NCBI GenBank assembly: GCA_026014495.1
Contig: JAOZIF010000108.1
Location: 1-34,103 of the forward strand
Source: Candidatus Bathyarchaeum sp.
Lineage (GTDB): Archaea > Thermoproteota > Bathyarchaeia > Bathyarchaeales > Bathyarchaeaceae
DNA: 34,103 nucleotides
Reading direction: 5' to 3'
A program made the translations under genes and the position numbers. Below the pieces are notes generated by a model that did no database searches, was not told the DNA's origin, and was given only the letters and a program-made list of their open reading frames with translations. This document shows, in pieces, positions 18,165 through 28,044 of the stretch; position 1 is the stretch's first letter; each line of letters begins with the position of its first letter.

Positions 18165-18806
18165 ATGAAGAGATTAATTGATTCAGGAATGGAACAGTTA
18201 GCGAGCATGCTTTTTCGTATGGGAGAGATTGCTCAAAAAACTGTTTCTCTGTCTATTGTTAACTACCTAGAAGGTACACACACTCCAACACAGGTGAAAC
18301 AACTTTCAGATACGTTGTCTTCTATGGCAGAACCCATTGAAGATACAGCCTTCGAAATTATTGCCCGATTCCAACCTGTAGCTTCAGACCTCAGAATTCT
18401 AAAGTCATACATGAAAATATGCTACGACTTCAGACGATATGGAAGATACGCCCTTGATATCTCACAAATCTATGAGCGCCTTAGCGGAATGGACGAATGT
18501 GACACATCCTTCAGAAAAATCATCGAAGAAATGGGACTAGAAACTCTAGAGATGGTTGGTACCAGCATTCAGGCTTTAAAGAACCACGATGCAGCTGTGG
18601 CAAAAACATTGTCCGAAATGGAGAATCGTGTTGACAAACTATACTACAGTTACCTTGACAAGTTAATTGAAACAAAAACCACAACTGGCTGCACCATCTC
18701 AAGCCTGCTTGTTGTGAGGTATCTTGAAAGAATAGCAGACCATGCGACCTACATTGGTGAGTCAATTGTATATCTTGCAACAGGAGAAAAAATGAGGTTA
18801 AGGTAA
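18165..18806 (+). CDS. phoU: Phosphate transport regulator PhoU
   Basis: QPVASDLR, ENRVDKLY and RYLERIADHATYIGE; directly follows pstB. ATG 18165 lies after GGTGA. Confidence 0.9.
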   Translation: MKRLIDSGMEQLASMLFRMGEIAQKTVSLSIVNYLEGTHTPTQVKQLSDTLSSMAEPIEDTAFEIIARFQPVASDLRILKSYMKICYDFRRYGRYALDISQIYERLSGMDECDTSFRKIIEEMGLETLEMVGTSIQALKNHDAAVAKTLSEMENRVDKLYYSYLDKLIETKTTTGCTISSLLVVRYLERIADHATYIGESIVYLATGEKMRLR

Positions 18807-18835
18807 ATCAATAAGCCTGTAAAGGAGGGAAAAAA

Positions 18836-19504
18836 TTGGCTAAGAAAAGTTATGCCTGGTTTGAAAGAAGCCGAAGAACAAAACTGTTGGACCTAGCTCA
18901 AGAACAGATAACAACAGCTCTTGACACTGTTACTTTACTAAATCAAGCAATGAAAAAAGTTTCTAAAGCAAAAATCAACGATGCAAGGCAACATATCGAT
19001 AGGCTGTTCACAGTAGAAGAAGAAATCGATCATTTGCGAACTGAAGTTTTCAAAGAACTCTCAAAAGGAGCCGCCTTGTTTGCTGACTATCGCGAAGATC
19101 TTTTACACCTTGTGAAACGTCTCGACACGTTTGCAGATCATGTTAAGGACGCAGCACGATGCATAGTAATGATTGGAGACGCCCAGATTCCTAGTGAATT
19201 ATGGGAAAACGCAGTTCACATGACTTCAACTCTTGTAGATTGTGCAACTGCCCTTCGAGGTAGCATCGAAAATATCTCCGCAAATCCAACAGAGGCCATT
19301 AAAGGCGCCAAAAAAGTCGAGAACATCGAAGCTGGAATCGACAAACAATATCTTGAAACCAAATCTTTGTTCATTAAATACGCGGACCAGATGAACAGTG
19401 GAATTCTAATAATATTCGATGATATGATTGAATTCCTTGAAGAAGCTGCTGACATGTGTGCTGATACAGCTGACTATATTGTCACTCTAGCAAGCTTAGA
19501 GTAA
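18836..19504 (+). CDS. DUF47/TIGR00153 PhoU-fold phosphate transport regulator (paralog 1)
   Basis: EEEIDHLR...REDLLHLVKRLDTFADHVKDAA...EEAADMCADTADYI pattern. Confidence 0.85.
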   Translation: MAKKSYAWFERSRRTKLLDLAQEQITTALDTVTLLNQAMKKVSKAKINDARQHIDRLFTVEEEIDHLRTEVFKELSKGAALFADYREDLLHLVKRLDTFADHVKDAARCIVMIGDAQIPSELWENAVHMTSTLVDCATALRGSIENISANPTEAIKGAKKVENIEAGIDKQYLETKSLFIKYADQMNSGILIIFDDMIEFLEEAADMCADTADYIVTLASLE

Positions 19505-19534
19505 CCAAAAAGCAAAGAGTTGAAAAAACCAAGA

Positions 19535-19554
19535 GGCCACTCTAGTGGCTTTTT
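19535..19554 (+). terminator. Probable terminator at the end of the pst operon
   Basis: GCCAC-TCTA-GTGGC hairpin followed by TTTTT. Confidence 0.5.
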
Positions 19555-19731
19555 GCTATTTTCCTCGCTTATAGTGATTTTAACCAGCCTTTCTGTTTTT
19601 GATTAGAACATTAAATTTTAAGAAAGGTTCGAGAACTTTTTGACTTATTCTTTAGAGAAAACTTAAGCGTGAATGTTTGCAATTTATTATTAGAACGTAT
19701 CTGAACGCCTATTGTTAAAGAGTGAGTATTT

Positions 19732-20394
19732 ATGGAAAGATGGTTTGCACGACGAAGAAAATCCAAAGTGCTGGAAATGGCGGATAGGCAGATGATTTTG
19801 GCTATTAACACAGTAATTGAGCTTGAGAAGTCTATTAATGCCGCCTTGCGAGGTAACAAACAAAAAGCCAAGGCGTCCTTCGACAACCTGTCATCTATAG
19901 AGCATGAAATTGACGAGCTTAGAAGACTAGTTTTTGAGGAACTTACCCGTGGAAGTCTTGAATCTAAAGACCGTGAAGACATTATGCACTTGGTGAAAAG
20001 GCTAGATCAGATGGCAGATCACGTAAAGGATGCCTCAAGAGCAGTTATTTTACTTTTAGAAGCACAAGTTCCAAAGGACATGTGGAAACAGTTCGCCGAA
20101 ACAGCCAAAGAACTGGTTGATTGCGCAACCACTTTACGTAAATCCATCGAACAGTTGGGAACCGACCCCGCGAAGGCTATGGAACTTGCAAAACAAATCG
20201 ATGTAATAGAAGGCAAAGTGGACAAGAAGTATTTGAAGTCAAAGGCGATGCTTCTTGAGTACTCTAAAGAGACTGACGCCGCAACCATACTGTTACTTAA
20301 GGACCTCATAGAGGAGATGGAGCATGTGGCTGATGCTTGCGATGATACGGCAGATTATGTTCGAATATTGACAGTTTCTAGGGATGCTCCATAG
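19732..20394 (+). CDS. DUF47/TIGR00153 PhoU-fold phosphate transport regulator (paralog 2)
   Basis: EHEIDELRR...REDIMHLVKRLDQMADHVKDAS...EHVADACDDTADYV; clearly paralogous to the upstream gene. Confidence 0.85.
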   Translation: MERWFARRRKSKVLEMADRQMILAINTVIELEKSINAALRGNKQKAKASFDNLSSIEHEIDELRRLVFEELTRGSLESKDREDIMHLVKRLDQMADHVKDASRAVILLLEAQVPKDMWKQFAETAKELVDCATTLRKSIEQLGTDPAKAMELAKQIDVIEGKVDKKYLKSKAMLLEYSKETDAATILLLKDLIEEMEHVADACDDTADYVRILTVSRDAP

Positions 20395-20451
20395 GTCTCT
20401 TTTTTCTTTTTTGAACTAGACCTATTTACAAAAATAGTTTGTTACTTTGTT

Positions 20452-20859
20452 TCACACAGAAGTGAATGTGTTTTTTATCCACTCTGCAATTTCATTTCTT
20501 ACCTGTTTGACCTCTTTTATTATTTCTTCTTCAGAACCTACGACTTGGGCTGGGTCTTTAAATGATTGATGAATGATTGTGTCTCCAGGAAAGAATGGAC
20601 ATGTCTCTCTAGCTCCATCACATACTGTTACTACATAGTCAAACTTTTCTCCACGGAACTCTTCAATGCTCTTTGACCTGTTTCCCGAGATATCTATTCC
20701 AATTTCAGCCATTGCCCTGACAACATAGGGATTAACTTTAGTTGGACTCACACCAGCACTGTAAGCCTTGTACCTGTCTCCATAGAATGCGTTAAGGATT
20801 CCTTCTGCCATTTGAGAACGGGCAGAATTGTGGGTGCAAAGAAAAAGAACTCTCTTCAT
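20452..20859 (-). CDS. arsC: Arsenate reductase, LMW-PTP family (thioredoxin-coupled type)
   Basis: P-loop LFLCTHNSARSQMAEG (CX5R), plus VVTVCD and ETCPFFP cysteines. Confidence 0.88.
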   Translation of the reverse strand: MKRVLFLCTHNSARSQMAEGILNAFYGDRYKAYSAGVSPTKVNPYVVRAMAEIGIDISGNRSKSIEEFRGEKFDYVVTVCDGARETCPFFPGDTIIHQSFKDPAQVVGSEEEIIKEVKQVRNEIAEWIKNTFTSV

Positions 20860-21008
20860 TTAATCACCAACCACTGAGCTTAATTTTTTATGCTTAATTC
20901 GTGTTTTAGGGACCAAGAGCTTGTTGTACATTGAACACAAGAACAGCAGTTATAAATAAACTCTTTATGCATAACTTATGTTATACAAGACTCTTGAGGA
21001 CGGTTAAC

Positions 21009-21473
21009 TTGTCTGAAACCACTTTGCGTGTATCTAAAATCAGAGATGGCACAGTGATAGACCACATCACTGCTGGGCATGCCTTAGAGGTGTTAAAGAT
21101 TTTGGGAATAACGGATCATGTCAAAAGTGTTGTTACTGTTGGTATGAATGTGCCCAGCAAAACGTTGGGTTTGAAGGATATGGTTAAGATTGAGGGAAGA
21201 GAACTAAAGTCTGAAGAAGTAGACAGGATAGCTTTGTTGTCTCCCCACGCAAGCATAAACATCATCAGAAACTACAATGTTGTAGACAAGCAATTGGTCA
21301 GGTTGCCTAAAGTGATACGTGAAACAGTCAAGTGTGCGAATCCCATGTGTGTCTCAAACAGCAAAGAACCCGTAAAATCTACTTTTTATGTGGACAACGA
21401 AGAACCCCTTCGTTTAAGATGCCATTACTGCGGATACATCATGGAAAAACAAGACATCCACAAACAGTTTTAA
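21009..21473 (+). CDS. pyrI: Aspartate carbamoyltransferase regulatory chain
   Basis: [23 protein letters not shown], and Zn ligands CANPMC...CHYC. Start set at TTG 21009. Confidence 0.96.
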   Translation: MSETTLRVSKIRDGTVIDHITAGHALEVLKILGITDHVKSVVTVGMNVPSKTLGLKDMVKIEGRELKSEEVDRIALLSPHASINIIRNYNVVDKQLVRLPKVIRETVKCANPMCVSNSKEPVKSTFYVDNEEPLRLRCHYCGYIMEKQDIHKQF

Positions 21474-21512
21474 CCTCATTTCTGTGAGCATTAATGAAAG
21501 ACCAACTTTTTT

Positions 21513-21572
21513 GGTAACATGGTTTTTTATTACTAAATAGTAACATTTATATAAAAAAACCTGCATGTTACT
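21513..21572 (+). promoter_or_regulatory. Promoter with inverted repeat flanking the TATA box upstream of the HTH-hsp20 operon
   Basis: AGTAACAT (21539-21546)-N18-ATGTTACT (21565-21572) brackets TTTATATA; an extra GGTAACAT lies at 21513-21520. Confidence 0.5.
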
Positions 21573-21597
21573 TCTAGGTAATAAAGGACGAGGTACC

Positions 21598-22011
21598 ATG
21601 AGCCTAAAACTACAGCTATTACGTAACGGAAAAATAATCCTTGAAGTACCCCTGTCACCAATGGACTGGCCAAAAGACCAACTTGCAACAGAATTTAAAG
21701 CATTCGAAGAAGACTTCCAAAAATTCTCTAACATGTTCGACGCACTATCCAACCAAACCCGACTAAAAATGATGAGAATGCTAGTGGAGGAAGAAGACAG
21801 TACAATGAACTTCGCAGACTTCATGAAAGACTTGGATTTGAACCCAAAAACCGTGTGGGAAAACTCAAGAAAACTAAGTGACGGTGGATTCCTAACAAAA
21901 ACCGGAAGAGGAACATACCGCTGCTCCGAATTCGGGCAATCAGCTTTCATAACATTGAGCCTCGCCTTGCGTCGGCTACTAGAGTCTTTAGAGGAAATAG
22001 AAAATATTTAG
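21598..22011 (+). CDS. ArsR-like winged-helix transcriptional regulator
   Basis: FDALSNQTRLKMMRML...LNPKTVWENSRKLSDGGFL...GTYR wHTH pattern; start ATG 21598 after GAGGT. Confidence 0.75.
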   Translation: MSLKLQLLRNGKIILEVPLSPMDWPKDQLATEFKAFEEDFQKFSNMFDALSNQTRLKMMRMLVEEEDSTMNFADFMKDLDLNPKTVWENSRKLSDGGFLTKTGRGTYRCSEFGQSAFITLSLALRRLLESLEEIENI

Positions 22012-22024
22012 GAGGTGAAAGACA

Positions 22025-22624
22025 CTGTCAGAAGAAAACCGATGGTCTCGATGGTTTAATAGAAAATCACCATTTTCTGAAGCAGACTTTTTTGGCATAA
22101 ACGAAACCTTCAAAGAAATGGAAGAGACAATCGCAAAAGAGTTCGAAGAACTATCTAAGCGAGCACCAGAAGACCTTCACAGAGAACAAACTTTACCCGA
22201 CGGAACTAAAGTACAAAGCTTTGGACCATTTGTCTACGGATACAGCGTAACAGTGGGTCCAGACGGAAAACCAAACGTAAAAGAGTTTGGAAATTTCAAA
22301 GCAGAAACTAGACTTGGAAAACCACACATGGATGTCAAAGAAAAACGGGAACCCTTAGCAGACGTTATCGATGCTGACGACAAAGTCAAGGTAATAGTTG
22401 AACTGCCCGGTGTCGAGAAAGACAAAATCAACCTTTCTGGAACAGATGACACCTTAACAATTTCTGTTGACACTCCTGAACGAAAATACTTCAAAGAAGT
22501 TAAACTGCCTGCAAAGGTAGACTCAAAAAAGGCGACATCAAAATACAAGAACGGCGTCTTAGACATCACTGTTCCCAAAAAGAAACAAAAGAACACCAAA
22601 AGCGAGACCATAAAAATAGAATAA
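22025..22624 (+). CDS. hsp20: Archaeal small heat-shock protein (Hsp20/alpha-crystallin)
   Basis: GPFVYGYSVTVGPDGKP, EPLADV, ELPGVEKDKI and YKNGVLDI. CTG at 22025 lies 6 nt after GGAGGTGA and opens an in-frame W/F-rich N-terminus (SEENRWSRWFNRKSPF) ahead of ATG 22118. Confidence 0.93.
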   Translation: MSEENRWSRWFNRKSPFSEADFFGINETFKEMEETIAKEFEELSKRAPEDLHREQTLPDGTKVQSFGPFVYGYSVTVGPDGKPNVKEFGNFKAETRLGKPHMDVKEKREPLADVIDADDKVKVIVELPGVEKDKINLSGTDDTLTISVDTPERKYFKEVKLPAKVDSKKATSKYKNGVLDITVPKKKQKNTKSETIKIE

Positions 22625-22755
22625 AAACGTCTCCCTCTTTTTATTTTGTTACATAACTTGTTGAATAATTACTGAATTTTCGACACACTTTCATCTGCGT
22701 ATTGCTGCATCAAAAAATCAACCGATTTTTTCATCTAACTTCGGCAACTTACAAA

Positions 22756-24198
22756 CTACCTGTGCCTTTCTAAAATCCTTCCCTGATGTCTGCTTTTCAA
22801 AGAAGGCTTTTGGTCACTGTAACCCAAAAACAGCATGCACGCCAAAACATAATGCTTCCCAATCCCGTAATTCGCTTTAATCGTCTTTTCTTGATTTAGA
22901 TTAACCGAAGCCCAGCAAGATTTCAAACCCAAACTTTCAGCAACTAACATCATGTTCATCATTGCACAAGCAGTATCTTGCCAAACAAACCGTTCTGTCC
23001 ACTTTTCGCGTGGAAGGCTTGAAGAATCGTAAAGAACAAGGACCGCTTTATCAGGTAAACTGTTCTTAAACCAAGGACTAGTGTTTTGGCAAACAAACTT
23101 GATGTCCTTTCGGCTAGATAGCACTTTAAACTTAGTTGCTTGCAAATTAGCAGCCGAAGGAGCATAAACGCCAGCCTCTAAAATTTTAGAGATTTTCTCG
23201 GACTCAACCTTGGAGTTATTCCATTTTCTAATACTGCGCCTAGATTTAATTAACCCTAAAATTGTACTTTCTTTAGAAGAAGAAACAGGAGAAGCATCAA
23301 GCTCAGAAAAAACTAGCTCCCTGAAACCTTTAAAGTAACTTGGATAATCCACAGCCAACGAGACCTTTGTTTTATTTTGGATTTTTCCACTCACCACTTC
23401 AAAAGGAGTCTTTGTAAGATAAGCAAACACACATCCATGAAACCTGTCAGTAATCACCAGTTCAAAACGCTGAAAAAACTCTAACCTATCATAAATCGTC
23501 TTTTCACGGTTAGCGTCAGTAATGTCATGTTCAGAAACCTGAGTGTCACAAATAAATGCACTCTGAAATCTGGTTCTAATTCGCTTTTTAAGAATTAGAT
23601 TAAAAATCAGATTAAACGGCTTCCGCACACCACGTCTATCCAACCGTCTGTGAAGTTGAGGTCGAATTGAACTCTCTTTATCCGAACGCAATACAACAAG
23701 CGTACCCCTACGAACACATCCACTAGGCTTAGGTGGCTTCAAACTGAACACAAAGTCAGGAAAAAACTCGACACGACAACCAAAATTATTTCGAAGCAAC
23801 TCTGTGCTTTCTTCTGACCTACACAAAAGCAGCAAGTTACGTTTATCGCTGAAAAATATTTTATCAGCTTCAAAATTTGCATTACTTTTGTAGCACACAC
23901 TCACAGGCAACTGGACTACTCTATTATTTGGATACGTTTCAATGATCCGTTTTCTTATTTCGTGCCAACCTGTGTGCTTGTAAAGGTCTCCAAAATCTCC
24001 GCTACTATGAATAAAAATCAAGTCGTCACTTTTGACATCTTCTAGAAAAAACTCTTCGGCCTCGGTTCTGTAAAAACGCTTAACCTCATAGTCGCTAAAA
24101 TGTTCACCCAACAACCGCTCAATAGCCAAAGTTTGAGCATGGTCTCCAACACTGTGGCTGCTCGGAGGAAAACAACCAATCCAAAAAATCTTACTCAT
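22756..24198 (-). CDS. Polysaccharide pyruvyltransferase-like domain fused to a C-terminal nitroreductase domain
   Basis: N-terminal part: VGDHAQ, HSSGDFGDLY, QLPVSV, PDFVF, ITDRFHG (pyruvyltransferase/EpsI-like). C-terminal part: IKSRRSIRKW, YAPSAANLQ, DTACAMMNMMLVAESLGLKSCW (nitroreductase). One uninterrupted frame. Confidence 0.8.
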   Translation of the reverse strand: MSKIFWIGCFPPSSHSVGDHAQTLAIERLLGEHFSDYEVKRFYRTEAEEFFLEDVKSDDLIFIHSSGDFGDLYKHTGWHEIRKRIIETYPNNRVVQLPVSVCYKSNANFEADKIFFSDKRNLLLLCRSEESTELLRNNFGCRVEFFPDFVFSLKPPKPSGCVRRGTLVVLRSDKESSIRPQLHRRLDRRGVRKPFNLIFNLILKKRIRTRFQSAFICDTQVSEHDITDANREKTIYDRLEFFQRFELVITDRFHGCVFAYLTKTPFEVVSGKIQNKTKVSLAVDYPSYFKGFRELVFSELDASPVSSSKESTILGLIKSRRSIRKWNNSKVESEKISKILEAGVYAPSAANLQATKFKVLSSRKDIKFVCQNTSPWFKNSLPDKAVLVLYDSSSLPREKWTERFVWQDTACAMMNMMLVAESLGLKSCWASVNLNQEKTIKANYGIGKHYVLACMLFLGYSDQKPSLKSRHQGRILERHR

Positions 24199-24484
24199 TT
24201 CAGTGTCACCAAAGCAGAATCATCCACAAAATAAATCAATAAACCCACCAAACGAAAAAAGGTAACATCCATCAAGAATATAAAACTAACCAACGCATAG
24301 TTATTCTGTGTATCTAATTATCACAGAATTGGAAAAACGTTCCATTCTTTTTTGAACTATACATAATACACGCGACTTCAGAAACCAAAATAGAGTAAAA
24401 ACCATGAATAGCCAGTAGATACCTTTAAATCGTTACGTCAAAACCTATAAACGATACAAAACTAAAGTTTACGAGAGGATTCAT

Positions 24485-24712
24485 ATGAGCGAAATGGCCA
24501 CCAAAATCCTGGAAGAGAGCCTCGGCAAAATAGTTCTAGTACGATTAAGAGGCGGAAAGAAACTACGAGGAAAACTCAAAGGCTTTGATCAGCACCTCAA
24601 CTTGGTGTTAGATGAAACAGACGACACAACAGACGTAGAAAACATGAAAAAACTTGGAGCCATCATAGTCCGTGGCGACAACGTGGTAATAATTTCTCCT
24701 CCACCAAGGTGA
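24485..24712 (+). CDS. Sm-like (Lsm/SmAP1) protein
   Basis: GKLKGFDQHLNLVL (Sm1) and IIVRGDNVV (Sm2), upstream of L37e. Confidence 0.95.
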   Translation: MSEMATKILEESLGKIVLVRLRGGKKLRGKLKGFDQHLNLVLDETDDTTDVENMKKLGAIIVRGDNVVIISPPPR

Positions 24713-24719
24713 TATAAAA

Positions 24720-24917
24720 TTGGGAAAAACAAGCAAAGGTACATCATCTTTTGGTAGACGCGCTCACAAGGTTTTACATATCCGTTGTAGACGCTGTGGC
24801 CGAAGAGGCTATAATGTAAAACAGAAAAAGTGTGCAGCATGCGGATACGGTGAATCTGCAAAGATAAGAAGATATTCGTGGCAGACAAAAACCCTAAACA
24901 GGGCCAGACTACTCTAG
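24720..24917 (+). CDS. rpl37e: 50S ribosomal protein L37e
   Basis: KGTSSFGRR, HIRCRRCG...CAACGYG zinc ribbon; conserved Sm-L37e order. Confidence 0.96.
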   Translation: MGKTSKGTSSFGRRAHKVLHIRCRRCGRRGYNVKQKKCAACGYGESAKIRRYSWQTKTLNRARLL

Positions 24918-24977
24918 TCTGCCTTTTTTTGTTTCAATATTTTTTTTTAAAAAAAGAAAGAAAAAATACGAAGAATT

Positions 24978-26906
24978 TTATTTCTTCGTAATTCTTTGGA
25001 ATTCTTCGAATGCCTGTTTTGCCTCTTCTACAGAAGCTTTGTCTTCTAAGGTCGAGATGTCACCTATTGACTGTCCAGCAACGAGCGCTTTTAGTACTCT
25101 TCGCATGATTTTGCCGCTTCTTGTCTTTGGAAGTTTTGTGACAAAGTATATGTTTTCAGGAGTCGCGAGTGGACCAACAGTTTTTCTCATGTGTGTTCTC
25201 AATTCTTTTGCGAGTTCGTCACTTGGATTATTTCCCTGTTTCAGGACAGCGAAGACAACAATTGTTTCTCCTTTAATTTCGTGTGGTTTGCTTGCTACTG
25301 CTGCTTCTGCTACTGCTGGGTGTGAAACCATTGCGCTTTCAAGTTCCACCGTTCCAAGTCTGTGTCCTGCGACCTTCAACACTTCGTCTGCTCTGCCTAG
25401 AAGCCATAGGTATCCGTCCTCATCTTTCATGCAGTAGTCTCCGGCGTAGTATGCGCCTGGGAATCTTGTCCAGTATGTTTCTTTGAATCGCTCTGGGTCC
25501 TTATAGACGGTTAATGCCATTCCTGGCCATGGTTTCTTGATTACGATATAGCCTCTTACTCCTTCAGGTACTGGTTTTCCATCTTCATCTACTATTGCTA
25601 CGTCGATGCCTGGAAGTGGGTATGTTGCTGAGCCTGGTTTCAGGGGGACTAGTCCTATTCCTGGTGCTGGAGAAATCATTATTCCTCCTGTTTCTGTTTG
25701 CCACCAAGTGTCCACGATTGGGCATCGTTCTCCGCCTATGTTTTTGAAGTACCACATCCACGCCTCTGGGTTGATGGGTTCTCCAACGCTTCCTAGAATT
25801 GATAAGCTGCTTAGGTCATGTTTTTTGACCCATTCTTCGCCAAGGCGCATGAACATTCGTATTGCTGTTGGCGAGGTGTAGAGGGTTGTTATTTTATATT
25901 CTTCGATTATCTGCCACCATCGGTCTGGTTCAGGGTAGTCTGGGGCGCCTTCATACATGACTATTGATGCGCCATTTAGAAGGGGTGCGTAGACTATGAA
26001 GCTGTGTCCGGTGACCCATCCTATGTCGGCGTTGCACCAGTACACGCTGTCCTCTTGGATATTGAAAACCGATTTGTAGACTGAATTAATGTAAACCAAG
26101 TAGCCTCCTGTGCTGTGAACTATGCCTTTTGGTTTTCCAGTAGTTCCAGACGTGTACAGAATAAAGAGTGGATGAGTGCTTTCGACGGGCAATGGTGCTA
26201 CCTGTTTTTCTATATGTTTCACGGTATCATGATACCAGACATCTCTTCCTTCTTTCATGTTGACTTTGTGGCCTGTTCTCTTTACAACTAATACGTTCTT
26301 TACTGACGGCGTGTTTTCTACTGCTTCATCAACTATTTGTTTCAATTCAATGATTTTTCCTCTTCTGAAGCCACCGTCTGCTGTTATTACGACATTAGCT
26401 TCAGTGTGGTTTATTCTGTCTGCGAGCGCCTGTGAACTGAATCCAGAAAAGACAACAGTGTGTATTGCGCCTAGTCTGGCACATGCCAACATGGCTATGG
26501 GCAGTTCAACTATCATTGGTAAATAGAATGCTACGCGGTCTCCATCCTTTACACCCATTTTCTGGAGAGCAGCAGCTAGTTTGTTCACTTCTTTGTAGAG
26601 CTGCAAATAACTTAGAGTTTTTTCTTCGCCATTTTCGCCAACCCAATATATGGCGACTTTGTTTCGTCTCCAGTTTTTCAGGTGCTTATCAACACAAAGA
26701 TATGAGGCATTTAGCATACCGCCGGGGAACCATTTTGCGAATGGTGCATCCCAATCGAGCACGTGATCCCATGTGCTGAACCAATCAAGTTTTCTTGCTT
26801 CATTTTCCCAAAATTCTTCAATATTATCTAAAGATTTTTTATATGTGTCCATATACCGTTTTATTGGCCAGTATTTCAATTCAACTGGAAGTGAGTCTGT
26901 TTTCAT
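24978..26906 (-). CDS. acs: AMP-forming acetyl-CoA synthetase
   Basis: [36 protein letters not shown] and [12 protein letters not shown]. Start set at ATG 26906 after GGTGA. Confidence 0.96.
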   Translation of the reverse strand: MKTDSLPVELKYWPIKRYMDTYKKSLDNIEEFWENEARKLDWFSTWDHVLDWDAPFAKWFPGGMLNASYLCVDKHLKNWRRNKVAIYWVGENGEEKTLSYLQLYKEVNKLAAALQKMGVKDGDRVAFYLPMIVELPIAMLACARLGAIHTVVFSGFSSQALADRINHTEANVVITADGGFRRGKIIELKQIVDEAVENTPSVKNVLVVKRTGHKVNMKEGRDVWYHDTVKHIEKQVAPLPVESTHPLFILYTSGTTGKPKGIVHSTGGYLVYINSVYKSVFNIQEDSVYWCNADIGWVTGHSFIVYAPLLNGASIVMYEGAPDYPEPDRWWQIIEEYKITTLYTSPTAIRMFMRLGEEWVKKHDLSSLSILGSVGEPINPEAWMWYFKNIGGERCPIVDTWWQTETGGIMISPAPGIGLVPLKPGSATYPLPGIDVAIVDEDGKPVPEGVRGYIVIKKPWPGMALTVYKDPERFKETYWTRFPGAYYAGDYCMKDEDGYLWLLGRADEVLKVAGHRLGTVELESAMVSHPAVAEAAVASKPHEIKGETIVVFAVLKQGNNPSDELAKELRTHMRKTVGPLATPENIYFVTKLPKTRSGKIMRRVLKALVAGQSIGDISTLEDKASVEEAKQAFEEFQRITKK

Positions 26907-27178
26907 ACCATCACCTATCCATATCTTTTGCGAGCGAACACAAAATATTACGTCCATATATCTTTTATGGCGTCAATTCGTGAAAATACATGGCTTTTTA
27001 GAGTTTACTTCTGTTTTTCTATTTATTATATTGCATTTTTTTCTAAAATATTGAATTATCTATGACATTCCACAATCTTTGTTGTTGTTTTTGTGTTTGT
27101 TAATCGACAATTGCAGTTTTTAGCATGTTACTGCTTGCTCTTGCCGATTCCTTTTTTAAAATAATAATCTTTGAGAAT

Positions 27179-27213
27179 CAAATGCCGTCAATCTTTTCGA
27201 ATGGTGGCATTTG
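27179..27213. terminator. Hairpin between trmB-like gene and acs
   Basis: CAAATGCCGTCA-N11-TGGTGGCATTTG inverted repeat, about 35 nt past the trmB-like stop codon. Confidence 0.35.
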
Positions 27214-27246
27214 GCTTCATATTACTCATTTTGTTAGCCGTATTCT

Positions 27247-28044
27247 TTATTGTATGTGTACTTCTTTGGCTTGGCTCCATAGTGATTCAAAATAGTTCCT
27301 AACTATTTCGATAAGTTCTGTGCTGTCTGAATATAATACGCAATCTTCTTCTAAACCGCCCTCTTTTGGTGCAATGACGATATGCACCTCTTTTTCGTCA
27401 ATTATTGCTATTTTCGGAGTTATTTTGGGAATGTACCTGATTTCGAAGTGCGGAGACTTAGCCGAGAAATCTTCCAAATGTTTTATCGTTTTGGGGTCTT
27501 TCGGTTTTGCAATGATGTGCCTAGTTTTCACTCCCTTTTGGATAGCTTGTTCGAAACATTCTGGATAGTTGGTTATTACATAAAAAAGCCTCATGTCCGT
27601 AGCAATCGCGTCGACACTTTCTTGAGCTTTTAGAATTGCTTTAGCTGCAAGCTTGAGAGGTTTTTTTGTTTGGGGGATAAGAGTGAATGTTGGATGTACC
27701 CATTCAAGCGTGTTTGGTATGCTTGTTTTTTGGAACTTGTTTAATTCTTCTGCTTTAGCTCTTAATTTTGAAATATCCTTTTTTTTATTGTTAAACAAAA
27801 TTGAGGTAGCTTCCCGTAACGGAATCGCCCGGTACCTTGTTGGTCTTGATATTATTTTTTGAATCAACCCTAATTCATGCAATTCTTTTGCTACTCGATA
27901 GATGTCTTGACGTGCCAGTTTGGAATAGTCACGAGCTTCTTTTGCTGTTGCAGTTCCTAAGCACACTAGGGCAAAGTAAACCCTTGCTTGCAACTGAGTA
28001 AGTCCTAACTCTACTAGTGTCTGTATTTGTTTCTCTCCAACCAT
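27247..28044 (-). CDS. TrmB-family transcriptional regulator
   Basis: LGLTQLQARVYFAL...ARQDIYRVAKELHELGLI...RPTRYRAIP wHTH, plus a PLD-like effector domain (KIAIIDEKEV...YFESLWSQA). Confidence 0.88.
   Translation of the reverse strand: MVGEKQIQTLVELGLTQLQARVYFALVCLGTATAKEARDYSKLARQDIYRVAKELHELGLIQKIISRPTRYRAIPLREATSILFNNKKKDISKLRAKAEELNKFQKTSIPNTLEWVHPTFTLIPQTKKPLKLAAKAILKAQESVDAIATDMRLFYVITNYPECFEQAIQKGVKTRHIIAKPKDPKTIKHLEDFSAKSPHFEIRYIPKITPKIAIIDEKEVHIVIAPKEGGLEEDCVLYSDSTELIEIVRNYFESLWSQAKEVHIQ

Noticed and set aside
21414-21950. 178-aa minus-strand ORF and the other short ORFs overlapping assigned genes
   Set aside because: They are antisense or out-of-frame shadows of well-supported genes, with no motifs or RBS.
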